Source of the DNA: Acidimicrobiales bacterium
GTDB taxonomy: Bacteria; Actinomycetota; Acidimicrobiia; Acidimicrobiales; CADCSY01
Assembly: GCA_035553895.1 (NCBI GenBank)
Contig: DATMJI010000211.1
Coordinates: 1-44,938 of the forward strand
Length of the DNA stretch: 44,938 bases
Direction of reading: 5' to 3'
Shown here: piece after piece, positions 33,634 to 42,121 of the stretch
How positions within the stretch are numbered: the stretch's first letter is position 1
Layout: each line of letters opens with the position of its first letter
Notes under the pieces: generated by a model
Told to the model about the DNA's origin: nothing
Database searches by the model: none
The model's input: the letters and a program-made list of their open reading frames with translations, nothing else
Position numbers and translations under genes: made by a program

Positions 33634-35589
33634 GTGGAGCAGGACCGGAAAGCCAAGCTGAGCCGGCGGCGCCTGCTGGCCCTGGCCGGGGCCGGTGGTG
33701 CCGGCCTGGTGGCCACCCGGGTTGCCCGTTCGGACCCCTCCCCTTCCCCGCCGCCTCCGGTGCCCACGTCGATCACGGTCCCCGAGGGGCCGGCAGGCCC
33801 CAGCCCCGCCATCCCGCTCGGCGCCCGGCGCTGGAGCGATCCCCTCACCTGGACCGGGCCGGTCCCGGGACCCGGTGATACCGCCTCGGTCCGAGGCGAG
33901 GTCTACCTGGACACCGATGCCGAGGTGGCCGGGGTGATCATCGGTCCCGACGACGCTCTGGTCTTCGATCCTGGCGCCAGCCGCAGCCTGCGCAGCACGG
34001 GCAACGTCGTGGTCGAGGGCCGGTTGGCGCTGCGTCCGGATTCGCCTGCAGTGATCCACCGGCTCGGCTTCGCCGGCATCGACGAGTCCCGCTTCGAGGG
34101 CGGGGGCAATGACGTGCTGGACTCCGACGTGGGGCTGTGGGTCATGGGCGAGGGTGTCCTCGACGTGGCCGGGTCCCCGAAGTCGGCCTGGACCCACACC
34201 GCCGGGACGGTGCCGGCGGGCGCCGCCACCATCACCCTCGCCCCGGCCCCGTCGGGCTGGCAGGTCGGCGACGAGATCGTCCTGACGCCCACCGGGCGGC
34301 CGGGTGAGCAGGGGGTCGAGCACTGGTCCTCCTATGATCTGGCCACCGTGACCGGCATCGACGGGGCGGAGGTCAGCCTCGACCGACCGGCGGCCTTCGC
34401 CCACCCCGAGGTGGTGACCGCCGACGGCACGGCCCGCCGGGCCGAGGTCCTCAACCTGTCCCGCAACGTGGTCATCGAAGGGGAGGAAGCCGGTCGCTCC
34501 CACATCTTCCTGCGCTCGTCGGTGCCCCAGAGCGTCCAGTACCTCGCCATCCGCCACCTCGGTCCCCGCCAGAAGGCCGGGGGCGCGACGGAGTTTGTCG
34601 GCGGGCGCTACGGCATCCACCTCCACACGGTGGAGGATGCATCACGGGGATCCATCTTCGAGGGGGTGGTCGGCCGCCAGATCGGGAGCCACACCTTCGT
34701 CACCCACCGGAGCCACGGCGTGACCTGGCGGGACTGCATCACCCACGACACTCTCGAGGATGCCTACTGGTGGGACCCCCGTGATCCGGCCACGGGCAAG
34801 GAGGACCCCACCGACGACGTGCTCTACGAGCGCTGTGTGGCGTCCATGGTCGCGGCCGACGGCGCCGGCAATTTCCGCCTGGCCGGCTACTTCCTCGGTG
34901 CCGGGTCCGGCAACACGGCGCGCCACTGCATCGCCGTCGGGGTCAAGGGACGTTCCGACGCCTGCGGCTACCTCTGGCCCAACGAGTCCGAGGGCGTGTG
35001 GACCTTCGAGGACTGCCTGGCCCACAACAACAAAGTCAACGGCATCTTCGTGTGGCAGAACACCGAACGGCTCCACGTGGTCACCCGCTTCACCGGCGTC
35101 CACAACGGGTCATTCGGCATCAGCCACGGTGCCTACAAGAACTCCTACGTGTACGAGGACGCCATCCTGCACGCCAACGGCGAGGGGGCACTGCGGCTGA
35201 AGGCGGTATCGAGGACGGTGACGGGCCCGCTGCAGTTCATCCGCTGCGACGGCGACGCCGGCGGCCTCTCGCCCTACGCCGTCCAGGTCGACGGTCACAC
35301 CCAGCCGCCCGACCTGCCCACCGAGTTCGCCGGCTGCGCCTGGCGGGGTGCCACAGACGCCGCCTTTGGCTTCGCCGGCGCCGGCAGCAACCCCCATCTT
35401 TTGGACATCATCGACAATCGCTTCGAGGGCAATGAGTTCTGGCTGGCCGACGGCGTCCCTCCCGGCACCCGCATCCGCGTCGACGACGAGGAGCACGGCG
35501 CCATCGCCCTTGAGGGGATGAACGGCTCCGGTGAGGTGAACCCGGCGTGGAACGCCCGGGTGACGCCCATCGACCCGCTCGGTGATTGA
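33634..35589 (+). CDS. Tat-signal secreted G8-domain / right-handed beta-helix protein (putative glycan-degrading or -modifying enzyme)
   Basis: GTG at 33634, 5 nt after AGGAGG. Twin-arginine leader KLSRRRLLALAGAGGAGLVA. G8-like RWSDPLTWTGPVPGPGDTASVRGEVYLDTDAEVAGVIIGPDDALVFDP, followed by a repetitive beta-helix-like region. Confidence 0.7.
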   Translation: MEQDRKAKLSRRRLLALAGAGGAGLVATRVARSDPSPSPPPPVPTSITVPEGPAGPSPAIPLGARRWSDPLTWTGPVPGPGDTASVRGEVYLDTDAEVAGVIIGPDDALVFDPGASRSLRSTGNVVVEGRLALRPDSPAVIHRLGFAGIDESRFEGGGNDVLDSDVGLWVMGEGVLDVAGSPKSAWTHTAGTVPAGAATITLAPAPSGWQVGDEIVLTPTGRPGEQGVEHWSSYDLATVTGIDGAEVSLDRPAAFAHPEVVTADGTARRAEVLNLSRNVVIEGEEAGRSHIFLRSSVPQSVQYLAIRHLGPRQKAGGATEFVGGRYGIHLHTVEDASRGSIFEGVVGRQIGSHTFVTHRSHGVTWRDCITHDTLEDAYWWDPRDPATGKEDPTDDVLYERCVASMVAADGAGNFRLAGYFLGAGSGNTARHCIAVGVKGRSDACGYLWPNESEGVWTFEDCLAHNNKVNGIFVWQNTERLHVVTRFTGVHNGSFGISHGAYKNSYVYEDAILHANGEGALRLKAVSRTVTGPLQFIRCDGDAGGLSPYAVQVDGHTQPPDLPTEFAGCAWRGATDAAFGFAGAGSNPHLLDIIDNRFEGNEFWLADGVPPGTRIRVDDEEHGAIALEGMNGSGEVNPAWNARVTPIDPLGD

Positions 35590-35615
35590 CCACCCGGCCC
35601 CAGGATCGATAGTCT

Positions 35616-36332
35616 GTGGGGACAACGCGGGTCAGCCGCGACAGCCCAGAGGCGGAGGCCGTGGACGAGACCCCAGAGCGTACGCGACGAGTGTTCCTCC
35701 GGCGCCTCGGTACGGCCAGTGCCGTGGCCGTCACCACGCCATGGGTGGCCCCCACGATCGTGACCCGCAGCATCGCCTCGGCGGCGGTGGGTAGCCCTCC
35801 CCCAGGCGGGGGCACCACGACCACCACCCAGCCGGGCGGGGGCACCACGACCACCACCCGGCCCGGCGGGGGCACCACGACCACCACCCGCCCCGGCGGG
35901 GGCACCACGACCACCACCCGCCCCGGGGGGGGCAACACCACCACCACCCAGCCGGGCGGGGGCACCACGACCACCACCCGGCCCGGCGCCACCACGACCA
36001 CCCGGCCTGGCGGGGGATCGACCACGACGCAGCCGGGCGGCGGGCGGGCACCCGAGGCCCAGCGCACGACCACCACCACGGGGGGTGGCCCATCCGGCAC
36101 GGGAACCGGGAGCGGCCAGCAGGGTGGCGGCCAGCAGGGTGGCGGCTCCCTGGCCCGGACCGGCGCCGAGCTGCTGGGCATGGCCGGGGTGGGCACGGCG
36201 GCAGTGGCCACCGGTGCCGCCGCCCGGGCGGCCGCCCGCCGCGGGGCGGCAAGGGCCGAGGCCGACCAGGACGATGCCGGCGACCCCGGGTCCGGGGAGG
36301 CCGACGGGTCCGACGTCCCGCCCGGCGACTGA
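35616..36332 (+). CDS. Thr/Gly/Pro tandem-repeat surface protein with an LAxTG sortase-type sorting signal
   Basis: Tat-like leader ERTRRVFLRRLGTASAVAV and (PGGGTTTTT[QR]) x6 plus degenerate copies. LARTG is followed by the hydrophobic stretch AELLGMAGVGTAAVATGAAA and the basic RAAARRGAAR. Start is GTG 35616 or GTG 35661. Confidence 0.7.
   Translation: MGTTRVSRDSPEAEAVDETPERTRRVFLRRLGTASAVAVTTPWVAPTIVTRSIASAAVGSPPPGGGTTTTTQPGGGTTTTTRPGGGTTTTTRPGGGTTTTTRPGGGNTTTTQPGGGTTTTTRPGATTTTRPGGGSTTTQPGGGRAPEAQRTTTTTGGGPSGTGTGSGQQGGGQQGGGSLARTGAELLGMAGVGTAAVATGAAARAAARRGAARAEADQDDAGDPGSGEADGSDVPPGD
35802..36032 (+). repeat. In-frame 30-nt tandem repeat (six full units plus degenerate units)
   Basis: Units ccNggcgggggcaccacgaccaccaccc(ag/gg/gc) at 35802, 35832, 35862, 35892, 35922 and 35952. 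Shortened copies follow to about 36032. Confidence 0.9.
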
Positions 36333-36437
36333 CGCCAGCCTTGTCCCCGGCACCGAGCGGCGCGCCTGCGCCGCACCGGCAGCGGAGCACGGCGGCGAAG
36401 CGGTCCCGTCCCGGCGGCTACGGGCCTTGCGCCGGGC

Positions 36438-37394
36438 TCAGAACAACTCGACGTCGCCCAGGCTGAGGGCCCAGGTGGCCGGCGGGGGGACGTCGGTGCC
36501 GGCCAGCGGTCGCCACAGCAGGGTCGGGCCCTGGCCCGGGAGCGGGAAAAAGCCACGGGCGCCGGGCCCGGCCAGGCGGATGGCGTAGTCGCTGCCGGCC
36601 AGGCCCGCCACCCGGCGGGCCAGCTCACCCGCCAGGCCAGGATCGTCACCGGGAACCACGGTGTCGGCCACCACCGCCTCCACCGCCCGGCCCCGGCGCC
36701 GCAGCCGGAACAGAACGAAGCCTTCGCCGGCAGCGCTGCCCGCCAGCAGGGCGCGGTAGTGCAGGGGGGCGAACCCGTAGCGCCAGGCCAGGACCTCGGG
36801 GCGGCGGCGGGTGCGCAGGACCGAGCCGGGCGGGGCGGTGGCGAGCAGGGCGGCCACCGCTTCCCGGTCGGCCAGCACCTCGGCGGCCGGCACTCCGGCA
36901 CCCGTGGGCAACGACCAGCGCCCGGCCGGGCACCGGGAGCGGGCCATGGGCCACAACGACCACGGCCGGCGGGGACGGGCGAGGACCCCCAGGCGGCCGG
37001 CCTGGCGCCAGCCCATCTTGAGGTAGCCCGGCCGGCTCCGCTCGTTGGGGGTGTTGAACACCAGCGCCACTCCCTCGGCGGTCAGCTCCTCGACCGCCTG
37101 GCGGGTGAGCCGGGTGAACAGGCCCTGGCCCTGGTGGTCGGGATGGGTGGCGGTATCAACGGCCCGTACGGCGGGGATGACGGCTCCGCCGTGCTCGAAC
37201 TCCCAGCGCATGAAGGTGCGCAGGGCCACCACCTCGGCCCCGACAGCGGCGATCCAGGTGGGCGAGGGCCCAAAGGCGTTGCCCTGGTGTTTCCAGGCCA
37301 GCAGATCGGCGTCGGGCCCGCCGGCCGGCCAGCCCATGGTCGTGCGCAGGAGCCGGACGATCCCGGCCTCGTCAGCGGTGGTCGCCCGGCGCAC
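36438..37394 (-). CDS. GNAT-family N-acetyltransferase with a C-terminal extension of about 170 aa
   Basis: GNAT start VRRATTADEAGIVRLL and motif A HPDHQGQGLFTRLTRQAVEE. GTG 37394 is preferred over the track TTG 37547 because 37395-37547 has many A/T third positions. Confidence 0.7.
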   Translation of the reverse strand: MRRATTADEAGIVRLLRTTMGWPAGGPDADLLAWKHQGNAFGPSPTWIAAVGAEVVALRTFMRWEFEHGGAVIPAVRAVDTATHPDHQGQGLFTRLTRQAVEELTAEGVALVFNTPNERSRPGYLKMGWRQAGRLGVLARPRRPWSLWPMARSRCPAGRWSLPTGAGVPAAEVLADREAVAALLATAPPGSVLRTRRRPEVLAWRYGFAPLHYRALLAGSAAGEGFVLFRLRRRGRAVEAVVADTVVPGDDPGLAGELARRVAGLAGSDYAIRLAGPGARGFFPLPGQGPTLLWRPLAGTDVPPPATWALSLGDVELF

Positions 37395-37565
37395 GACGGC
37401 GGCTCCGGGCGCCGGGGATGGTGACGGCGAGGTGATGCCCGGGCAGCCTAGGGCTGCTCGCAGACTCACGGCGTTGGCGCCCCCCGACCGCCCCTCCCGT
37501 TTCGCCTGCGCAACGACGCCGAGATCGAGGCGCTCTGCAGGCCGCAAGCAGATGTGAGACGGCGC

Positions 37566-38387
37566 TCAGGTGGTGGCGCCGGCGTGGCGGCGCCGGTTCA
37601 GCGCCGCCCGCAGCTGCTCCTCGAGCACCATGCCGCCCTCGATCTTGTGGGCGTACCAGCGCATGCCGTCGGCCACCTGGATGGCCGAACGGTTCAGCCG
37701 GTAGATGTCGCTAGCGCCCCAGCGGTTGGGGCGGGCACCGCCCACGGCGGCGGAGCGGAACCGGGCCCGCACTGCGGCCTCGGCCGCCGCCGATCCGGCC
37801 ACCGCCTTGGGATAGGCGAAGTGCCGGGCCGTCACCCCCAACCGCTCGCCGATGAGCTCGATCGAGCGGTCGAGCTCGCTGGCGGCGAGCCCGGGATCGG
37901 CCCGGTCGAGGAGCAAGTGGGTGTGGGTGTGGGAGCCGATGCTCACCAGCCCGGTGGTCAGGGCGTCGCCCAGCGACCCCCACGAGGCCGGGGCACCGTC
38001 GTCGGGAAATGAGCATCCCCGCTCCACGAAGTCGGTGGCCAGGTACAAGGTGGCGGGGATGCCGTGGCGGACCAGGACCGGCACGGCCTCCTCGACGAAG
38101 TCGGCGGTGCCGTCGTCGAAAGTGACCACCACCGGGCTGGCGACGTGGTCCGGAGCCGTCCCGGCGATCAGGGCATCGACGGCGTCGTCGAGCGTGATCA
38201 CCCGCCCGCTGGCGGCGAGCACGGCCATTTGGCGCTCGAAGAGGTCGGTCGGCAGGTCGACCTGCACGGCGGTGCGGGCCCCGACCCGGTGGTAGATGAG
38301 CACGATCACCCCGGCACCCGGCGAGCGCAGGCGGTCGGCGGCGGCGGCGGCGACCTTGATCGCCCGCAGACCGAGGCCCGTCCCCAT
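37566..38387 (-). CDS. Polysaccharide deacetylase (NodB homology domain, CE4)
   Basis: Blocks: VVVTFDDGTADFVEEAVPVLVRHGIPATLYL, IGSHTHTHLLLDR, FAYPKAVAG. Confidence 0.85.
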   Translation of the reverse strand: MGTGLGLRAIKVAAAAADRLRSPGAGVIVLIYHRVGARTAVQVDLPTDLFERQMAVLAASGRVITLDDAVDALIAGTAPDHVASPVVVTFDDGTADFVEEAVPVLVRHGIPATLYLATDFVERGCSFPDDGAPASWGSLGDALTTGLVSIGSHTHTHLLLDRADPGLAASELDRSIELIGERLGVTARHFAYPKAVAGSAAAEAAVRARFRSAAVGGARPNRWGASDIYRLNRSAIQVADGMRWYAHKIEGGMVLEEQLRAALNRRRHAGATT

Positions 38388-38450
38388 CCCCGGTGTCTAC
38401 CGCGTCGGCCGTCCGACGACAACGCCCGTCTACGCGCCGCACCGTCGGGC

Positions 38451-39110
38451 ATGCGACACTGCCAGATCGTGCACGCCCCGACCCACCTTCCCGCAGCGGG
38501 CGCCAAGCGTGCCCTCGACCTGGTGCTGGGCGGGCTGGCCCTGGCGGGCACGGCGCCGCTCAGCGCCGCTGCCGCCGTGGCCATCCGCTGCTCCCTGGGC
38601 TCGCCGGTGCTCTTCCGCCAGCGCCGGGCCGGCCTGGGAGGCGAGGCCTTCGACCTGGTCAAGTTCCGCACCATGCGTCCCGCCGCACCGGGCGCCGAGG
38701 ATCCCGCCTTCGACGGCGAGCGGATGTCCAAACTGGGGCGGTTCCTCCGGGCGACGAGCGTCGACGAGCTGCCGTCGCTGTGGAACGTGCTCAGGGGTGA
38801 CCTCAGCTTGGTGGGACCTCGCCCGCTCCCGGTGCGCTACCTCGATCGCTACGACGAGCACCAGGCCCGGCGCCACGAGGTCCGCCCCGGCCTCACCGGG
38901 TGGGCCCAGGTCAACGGGCGCAACCGGCTCTCGTGGCCCGAGCGCTTCGAGCTGGACGTGTGGTACGTCGACCACTGGACCCTCGGTCTCGATCTGCGGA
39001 TCCTGGCCCTGACCGCCGTCAGGGTACTGCGGGGCGGGGGGGTGAGCCACGAGGGCCACGCCACCATGCCCGAGTTCACCGGCGGTGACGGCGCAGCCCA
39101 TGGACGCTGA
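38451..39110 (+). CDS. Small monotopic phosphoglycosyl transferase (bacterial sugar transferase, PglC/WbaP C-terminal type); likely initiating enzyme
   Basis: ATG at 38451 within track ORF 38064..39110. Blocks: AKRALDLVLGGLAL, SPVLFRQRRAGLGGEAFDLVKFRTM, DELPSLWNVLRGDLSLVGPRP, PGLTGWAQVNGRN. Confidence 0.9.
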   Translation: MRHCQIVHAPTHLPAAGAKRALDLVLGGLALAGTAPLSAAAAVAIRCSLGSPVLFRQRRAGLGGEAFDLVKFRTMRPAAPGAEDPAFDGERMSKLGRFLRATSVDELPSLWNVLRGDLSLVGPRPLPVRYLDRYDEHQARRHEVRPGLTGWAQVNGRNRLSWPERFELDVWYVDHWTLGLDLRILALTAVRVLRGGGVSHEGHATMPEFTGGDGAAHGR

Positions 39111-40092
39111 GACGTGCACCGTGCTCATCTCGGCGGCCGGCCGCCGGGTGGCCCTGCTGGAGCTGTTCCGGCGCAGCCTGGCCGAGCTGGGCCTGCGCGG
39201 TCGGGTGCTGGCGACCGACGTCACGCCGCTGGCCGCCGCCTGGCACGCGGCCGACCAGGGCTTCCTGGTGCCGCGCAGCGACGATCCGGCCTTCATTTCG
39301 GCCATGATCGAGTTGTGCCGCAGGGAGCACATCGACCTGATCATCCCGACCAATGACGTCGAGCTGCCCGTCTACGCCGCCGCCCGGGAGTGCCTCGCCA
39401 CCGCCGGCACCGCGGTGGCCGTCTCCGCCCCAGAGGTCATCAGCGTGGCCAACGACAAGGTGGCGACCCATGCCTGGCTGGTCGACCACGGCTTCCCCAC
39501 CGTGCGCCAGGCCCCGCTGGCCGAGGTCCTGGCGGCACCCCAGCACTGGCCCCTGCCCCTCGTCGTCAAGCCCCGCGGAGGAAGCTCGGCCGTCGGGGTG
39601 GCGGTGGTCGACGACCTCGCCACGCTCCGGGCCGCCGCCCGGGACGGGGCCATGGTGGCCCAAAGCATCGCCCCGGGAGTGGAGTACACCGTCGACGTCT
39701 TCGTCGATCGTTCGGGACGGTGCCGCTGCGCCGTCCCCCGCCGGCGGCTGGAGGTGCGTGCCGGCGAGGTGAGCAAGGCCGTGACCGTGCGCCACCCTCG
39801 CCTGGAGTCCCTGGTCCGGGAGCTGGTCGAGGCCCTGCCCGGGGCGTCCGGCGCCCTCAACGTCCAGGTCTTCGTCACCGACGGCGGCGACATGTCGGTG
39901 ATCGAGATCAACCCCCGCTTCGGCGGTGGCTTCCCCCTCAGCCACCGGGCCGGCGCCGCCTTTCCGGTATGGATCCTCGAAGAGATGCTCGGCCGGACAT
40001 CCAGCGCCGACGGCGGGGCGTGGGAATCTGGGGTGGTCATGCTCCGCTACGACGACGCCGTGTTCGTGCCCTCGGCGGCCGCCGGTCTCTGA
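39100..40092 (+). CDS. ATP-grasp enzyme (carboxylate-amine/thiol ligase superfamily)
   Basis: Blocks: VLISAAGRRVALLELF, NDKVATHAWLVDHGFPT, PLVVKPRGGSSAVGV, IEINPRFGGGFPL. ATG 39100 overlaps the upstream gene by 11 nt (alternative GTG 39085). Confidence 0.8.
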   Translation: MDAETCTVLISAAGRRVALLELFRRSLAELGLRGRVLATDVTPLAAAWHAADQGFLVPRSDDPAFISAMIELCRREHIDLIIPTNDVELPVYAAARECLATAGTAVAVSAPEVISVANDKVATHAWLVDHGFPTVRQAPLAEVLAAPQHWPLPLVVKPRGGSSAVGVAVVDDLATLRAAARDGAMVAQSIAPGVEYTVDVFVDRSGRCRCAVPRRRLEVRAGEVSKAVTVRHPRLESLVRELVEALPGASGALNVQVFVTDGGDMSVIEINPRFGGGFPLSHRAGAAFPVWILEEMLGRTSSADGGAWESGVVMLRYDDAVFVPSAAAGL

Positions 40093-40102
40093 GGGCTCGG
40101 AG

Positions 40103-40774
40103 ATGCCGGCGCTTCGCTGCGTGGTGTTCGACCTCGACGACACGCTCTACCTCGAGCGCGACTACGTCCGCAGCGGTATGGCCGCCGCCGGGAGCTGGGC
40201 CCGGCGGGAGCTGGGCGTGGAGGGTCTCGGCGAGCAGGCGTGGGCCGCCTTCGAGGAGGGGGTGCGGGGACGCATCTTCGACGTGGCCCTGGCCCGCTGC
40301 CAGGTCGAGCCCACCCCGGCCGTCGTCGAGGGGTTGGTCACCTGCTACCGGAACCACGTCCCGGACATCGAGCTGCTCGGAGACGCCCGGGGCTGCCTCG
40401 ATCGCCTCCGGGGCCGGGCGCTGGCGGTGATCACCGACGGTCCGGTCGCCAGCCAGCGAGCCAAGGCCACTGCCCTGGGGGTGAACGGCTGGGCCGCAGT
40501 GGCCGTGTTCACCGGTGAGCTCGGCGACGGGTTGTCCAAACCCCACCGCCGGGCCTTCGAGCTGGTCGAGGAGGCCACCGGCCATCACGGCGGCGCCTGC
40601 GCCTACCTGGCCGACAACCCGGCCAAGGACTTCATCGCCCCCCGGGCCCTCGGCTGGGTCACGGCCCGGGTCCGCCGGCCCGGGGGCCTGCACCACGGCG
40701 TGCCCACGGGCGACGATGTCGACGTGGAGCTGGCCGATCTGGCAACCGTGCCCTCCTGCCTGGAGCAGCCCTAG
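40103..40774 (+). CDS. HAD-superfamily hydrolase/phosphatase
   Basis: ATG at 40103. Motif I VVFDLDDTLY, ITDG (motif II region), SKPHRRAF, LADNPAKD. Confidence 0.8.
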   Translation: MPALRCVVFDLDDTLYLERDYVRSGMAAAGSWARRELGVEGLGEQAWAAFEEGVRGRIFDVALARCQVEPTPAVVEGLVTCYRNHVPDIELLGDARGCLDRLRGRALAVITDGPVASQRAKATALGVNGWAAVAVFTGELGDGLSKPHRRAFELVEEATGHHGGACAYLADNPAKDFIAPRALGWVTARVRRPGGLHHGVPTGDDVDVELADLATVPSCLEQP

Positions 40775-41967
40775 TGCGGGTCGCCCACCTCACCACCGTC
40801 GACACCAGCCTGCGCTACCTCTTGTTGCCCCAGCTGCTCGCCGTGGTGGCCGAGGGTGGGGTCGCCATCGGCATCAGCGCACCTGGGGACAGCGTCGACC
40901 ACCTGGCCGGCCTCGGAATCGAGCACCGCCCGCTGGCGTCTTCCACCAGAAGCGCCGATCTGCGGGCCGACCTACGGGCGGCCGCCGAGCTGTGGTCGGT
41001 CCTGCGCCGGGAGCACTTCGACGTCCTCCACACCCACAACCCCAAGCCCGGTCTCTACGGGCGGGTGCTGGGACGCCTGGCGGGGGTGCCGGTCGTCGTG
41101 CACACCACCCACGGGCTCTACGCCACCACCGAGGACCGCTGGCCCAAGCGCCTGGCGGTATATCTGGCCGAGGCGCTGGCCGCCCGCTTCTCCCACGCCG
41201 AGCTGGTCCAAAACCCCGAGGATCTGGCCCTCATGACCCGGCTGCACATCCTCCCCCGGGGCCGGGGCGTGCTCCTCGGCAACGGGATCGACCTCGAGCG
41301 CTTCGATCCCGACCGGCACGGCAACGCCCGGGCGGTCATGCGCCGCCGGCTCGGCATCGGCGACGACCAGCTGGTGGTCGGCACGGTCGGCCGGCTGGTG
41401 GCCGAGAAGGGCCACCGGGAGCTGTTCGAAGCCATGACCCTCCTGGACCGGCACTACCAGCTCGTCGTGGTGGGCCCCGAGGACCCTGAGAAGGCCGACG
41501 CCCTGCCGGCGGAAGTCCTGGATGCGGCCCGGGCCCGAGGGGTGCGCCTCCTCGGGATGCGCAGCGACGTCGAGGAGCTCTACGCCGCCATGGACATCTT
41601 CGTGCTGGCTTCCCACCGGGAGGGGTTCCCCCGAGCGGCCATGGAGGCGGCCGCCATGGGCCTCCCGGTGGTGGCGACCGACATCCGGGGGTGCCGGGAG
41701 ATCGTCGTCGACGGGGACAACGGCCTGCTCGTCCGGCCCCGTGACCCGGCGGCGCTGGCCGCGGCCATCGCCCGGCTGGGGCCCGACGCCGGCCTGCGGG
41801 CCCGGATGGGCGCTCGGGGCCGGGCCCGGGCCCGGACCGACTTCGACGAACGCCAGGTGGTGGCGAGGGTCCTCGACACCTACGCCCAGATCCTCCAGGC
41901 CGGTCCGTCGGGCCGCCGCCGGCGAGCCCGCGCCACGCCCCGCGGCAGGTCGTGCGGCAGAGGATGA
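40774..41967 (+). CDS. Glycosyltransferase family 4
   Basis: GTG at 40774 shares one nt with the upstream TAG. N-terminal MRVAHLTTVDTSLRYLL and C-terminal SHREGFPRAAMEAAAMGLPVVATDIRGCREIV. Confidence 0.9.
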   Translation: MRVAHLTTVDTSLRYLLLPQLLAVVAEGGVAIGISAPGDSVDHLAGLGIEHRPLASSTRSADLRADLRAAAELWSVLRREHFDVLHTHNPKPGLYGRVLGRLAGVPVVVHTTHGLYATTEDRWPKRLAVYLAEALAARFSHAELVQNPEDLALMTRLHILPRGRGVLLGNGIDLERFDPDRHGNARAVMRRRLGIGDDQLVVGTVGRLVAEKGHRELFEAMTLLDRHYQLVVVGPEDPEKADALPAEVLDAARARGVRLLGMRSDVEELYAAMDIFVLASHREGFPRAAMEAAAMGLPVVATDIRGCREIVVDGDNGLLVRPRDPAALAAAIARLGPDAGLRARMGARGRARARTDFDERQVVARVLDTYAQILQAGPSGRRRRARATPRGRSCGRG

Positions 41968-42121
41968 TTCGGGCGCGATAGGATCACCGGCGACCGACGT
42001 CACCATACCCGGCGCTTCCCCGCCCCCCGTTGCCGCAGCGAACCCCACGCGCCACGACCAAGGATGCTCCGGGCCTCCTGCTGCCTCGGCCCGCTGGCCT
42101 CTCGCGACTGGAGCACCCGCT

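Noticed and set aside
35802-36032. Regular 30-nt direct repeats that might suggest a CRISPR array
   Set aside because: The repeats are contiguous with no spacers. They are in frame and encode PGGGTTTTT[QR] inside a protein with a leader and a sorting signal. No cas genes are nearby.
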